A DNA stretch of 53,211 bases, the filler included, from Basidiobolus ranarum (Eukaryota), in assembly GCA_040143965.1 (NCBI GenBank). It is 3 parts of 3 records of this genome, joined end to end, with 100 filler letters (N's around TTAATTAATTAA, not from the genome) between each part and the next. Parts side by side here need not be neighbours in the genome. Positions count along the whole stretch, not along the records: positions 35,583 to 53,211 come from JASJQH010007173.1; 2 more parts are not named here. One strand, given 5' to 3'. The translations under genes and the position numbers were made by a program. The notes below the pieces were generated by a model that saw only the letters and a list, made by a program, of their open reading frames with translations, was not told the origin of the DNA and did not search any database. Below, one piece after another: positions 52,354-53,211 of the stretch (its first letter is position 1; every line of letters begins with the position of its first letter).

Positions 52354-52926
52354 CTATTTGGTACGAATCAAGTGTGACTTGTGTGTTGAATCAGTTGTCT
52401 GGACCTGTGCTTGTGCTAATGGCAAGAACTGATGGTATGTTCGGCCACTATGCTTTCTCTCATGTTTCATCAGGGCACTGCGCCGTGTGAAAGCTTTCTC
52501 ACATCCAGGATGCAAGCAGGTATACGGCCTCAATCCAAGGTGACTCTTTGTGTGCCGAGCTAGTGAGGAGGAATCGCCAAATGAGTGAGTGCATCCTGCA
52601 TGCTGGCATTGATAAGGCTTCTCGCCAGTATGTGTTCGAAGGTGAACAGTCAAAGCAGATCGCTGAATAAATCCTTTCCCACAACTGGAGCACACGTATG
52701 GTCGCTCACCAGTATGGGTTCTCCTGTGGCGGACTAATTCCGAGTTTCGCTTGAATTGCCGTTTACATGCTTGCCATTCACAGGTGAAAGGTGTACGATC
52801 TCTAGAATCATTGGAATCGGAGCTGGAATAGGTGTCATGTGACGATGAGTCGTAGGGAACAAGTGTTGGTTGTTGTGATGGTGATGAGTTGAGTATAAAG
52901 TACAAGTCCATTTTATTACTCTGCAT
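52354..52926 (-). CDS. Small four-finger C2H2 transcription factor, paralog 3 (likely start at 52911, MDLYFILNS)
   Basis: Helices [32 protein letters not shown]; tandem with paralog 2; intronless. Confidence 0.93.
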   Translation of the reverse strand: MQSNKMDLYFILNSSPSQQPTLVPYDSSSHDTYSSSDSNDSRDRTPFTCEWQACKRQFKRNSELVRHRRTHTGERPYVCSSCGKGFIQRSALTVHLRTHTGEKPYQCQHAGCTHSFGDSSSLARHTKSHLGLRPYTCLHPGCEKAFTRRSALMKHERKHSGRTYHQFLPLAQAQVQTTDSTHKSHLIRTK

Positions 52927-53211
52927 GTCTGTAAGCGTGTAGTGGTGACAAACGAATCTTGGTATGTATATGTGCTATGATAAGTGTGCTAGGACGAATG
53001 ATGAGCTTGTCTGTGCGCCAATGGAAACTGATGGAGTGGTAGATTTGATAGCTTTGGGCTACAATGGATGGTCAGTGAGCTTCGATTTATACTGCCCTAA
53101 AAAGAATCATTCAGTTTAATGGGAAATTGAGAAAATAGGGGATTAGATTAGGAGTGATTGAAATATACAATAGCAACTCAGTCGTATCCATCACATTAAT
53201 TGTAGAGTGCG

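Overview
Eukaryotic, intron-rich genomic DNA from an early-diverging fungus. A Zoopagomycota/Mucoromycota-type origin is inferred from gene content (Basidiobolus-like is plausible but unproven). The window is not contiguous: two identical 100-nt artificial spacers (N44-TTAATTAATTAA-N44 at 17711-17810 and 35483-35582) join three contigs. Contig 1 (1-17710) has the last exon of complex I subunit NDUFS7/PSST, sterol 14-demethylase CYP51, a small Tc1/mariner-type MITE, an unknown Cys-rich protein, and an Mph1/FANCM helicase flanked by two convergent paralogs. The complete paralog is an ETR1-like ethylene-binding + GAF protein; neither copy has a histidine kinase or receiver domain. Contig 2 (17811-35482) has a partial trypsin, a mitochondrial NAD+ carrier, a single-pass surface protein, a large Ig-domain/XK-like multipass membrane protein and degenerate repeats. 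Contig 3 (35583-53211) has a Cla4-like PH+CRIB protein lacking its kinase, a hypothetical multi-exon gene, and a White Collar-1 photoreceptor surrounded by three paralogous minimal four-finger C2H2 factors with a shared N-terminal eh1-like motif and GATC-rich upstream regions. Best leads: the kinase-less ethylene-receptor pair, the wc-1/mini-repressor cluster and the kinase-less Cla4 paralog. Exon boundaries were read by eye and are predictions.
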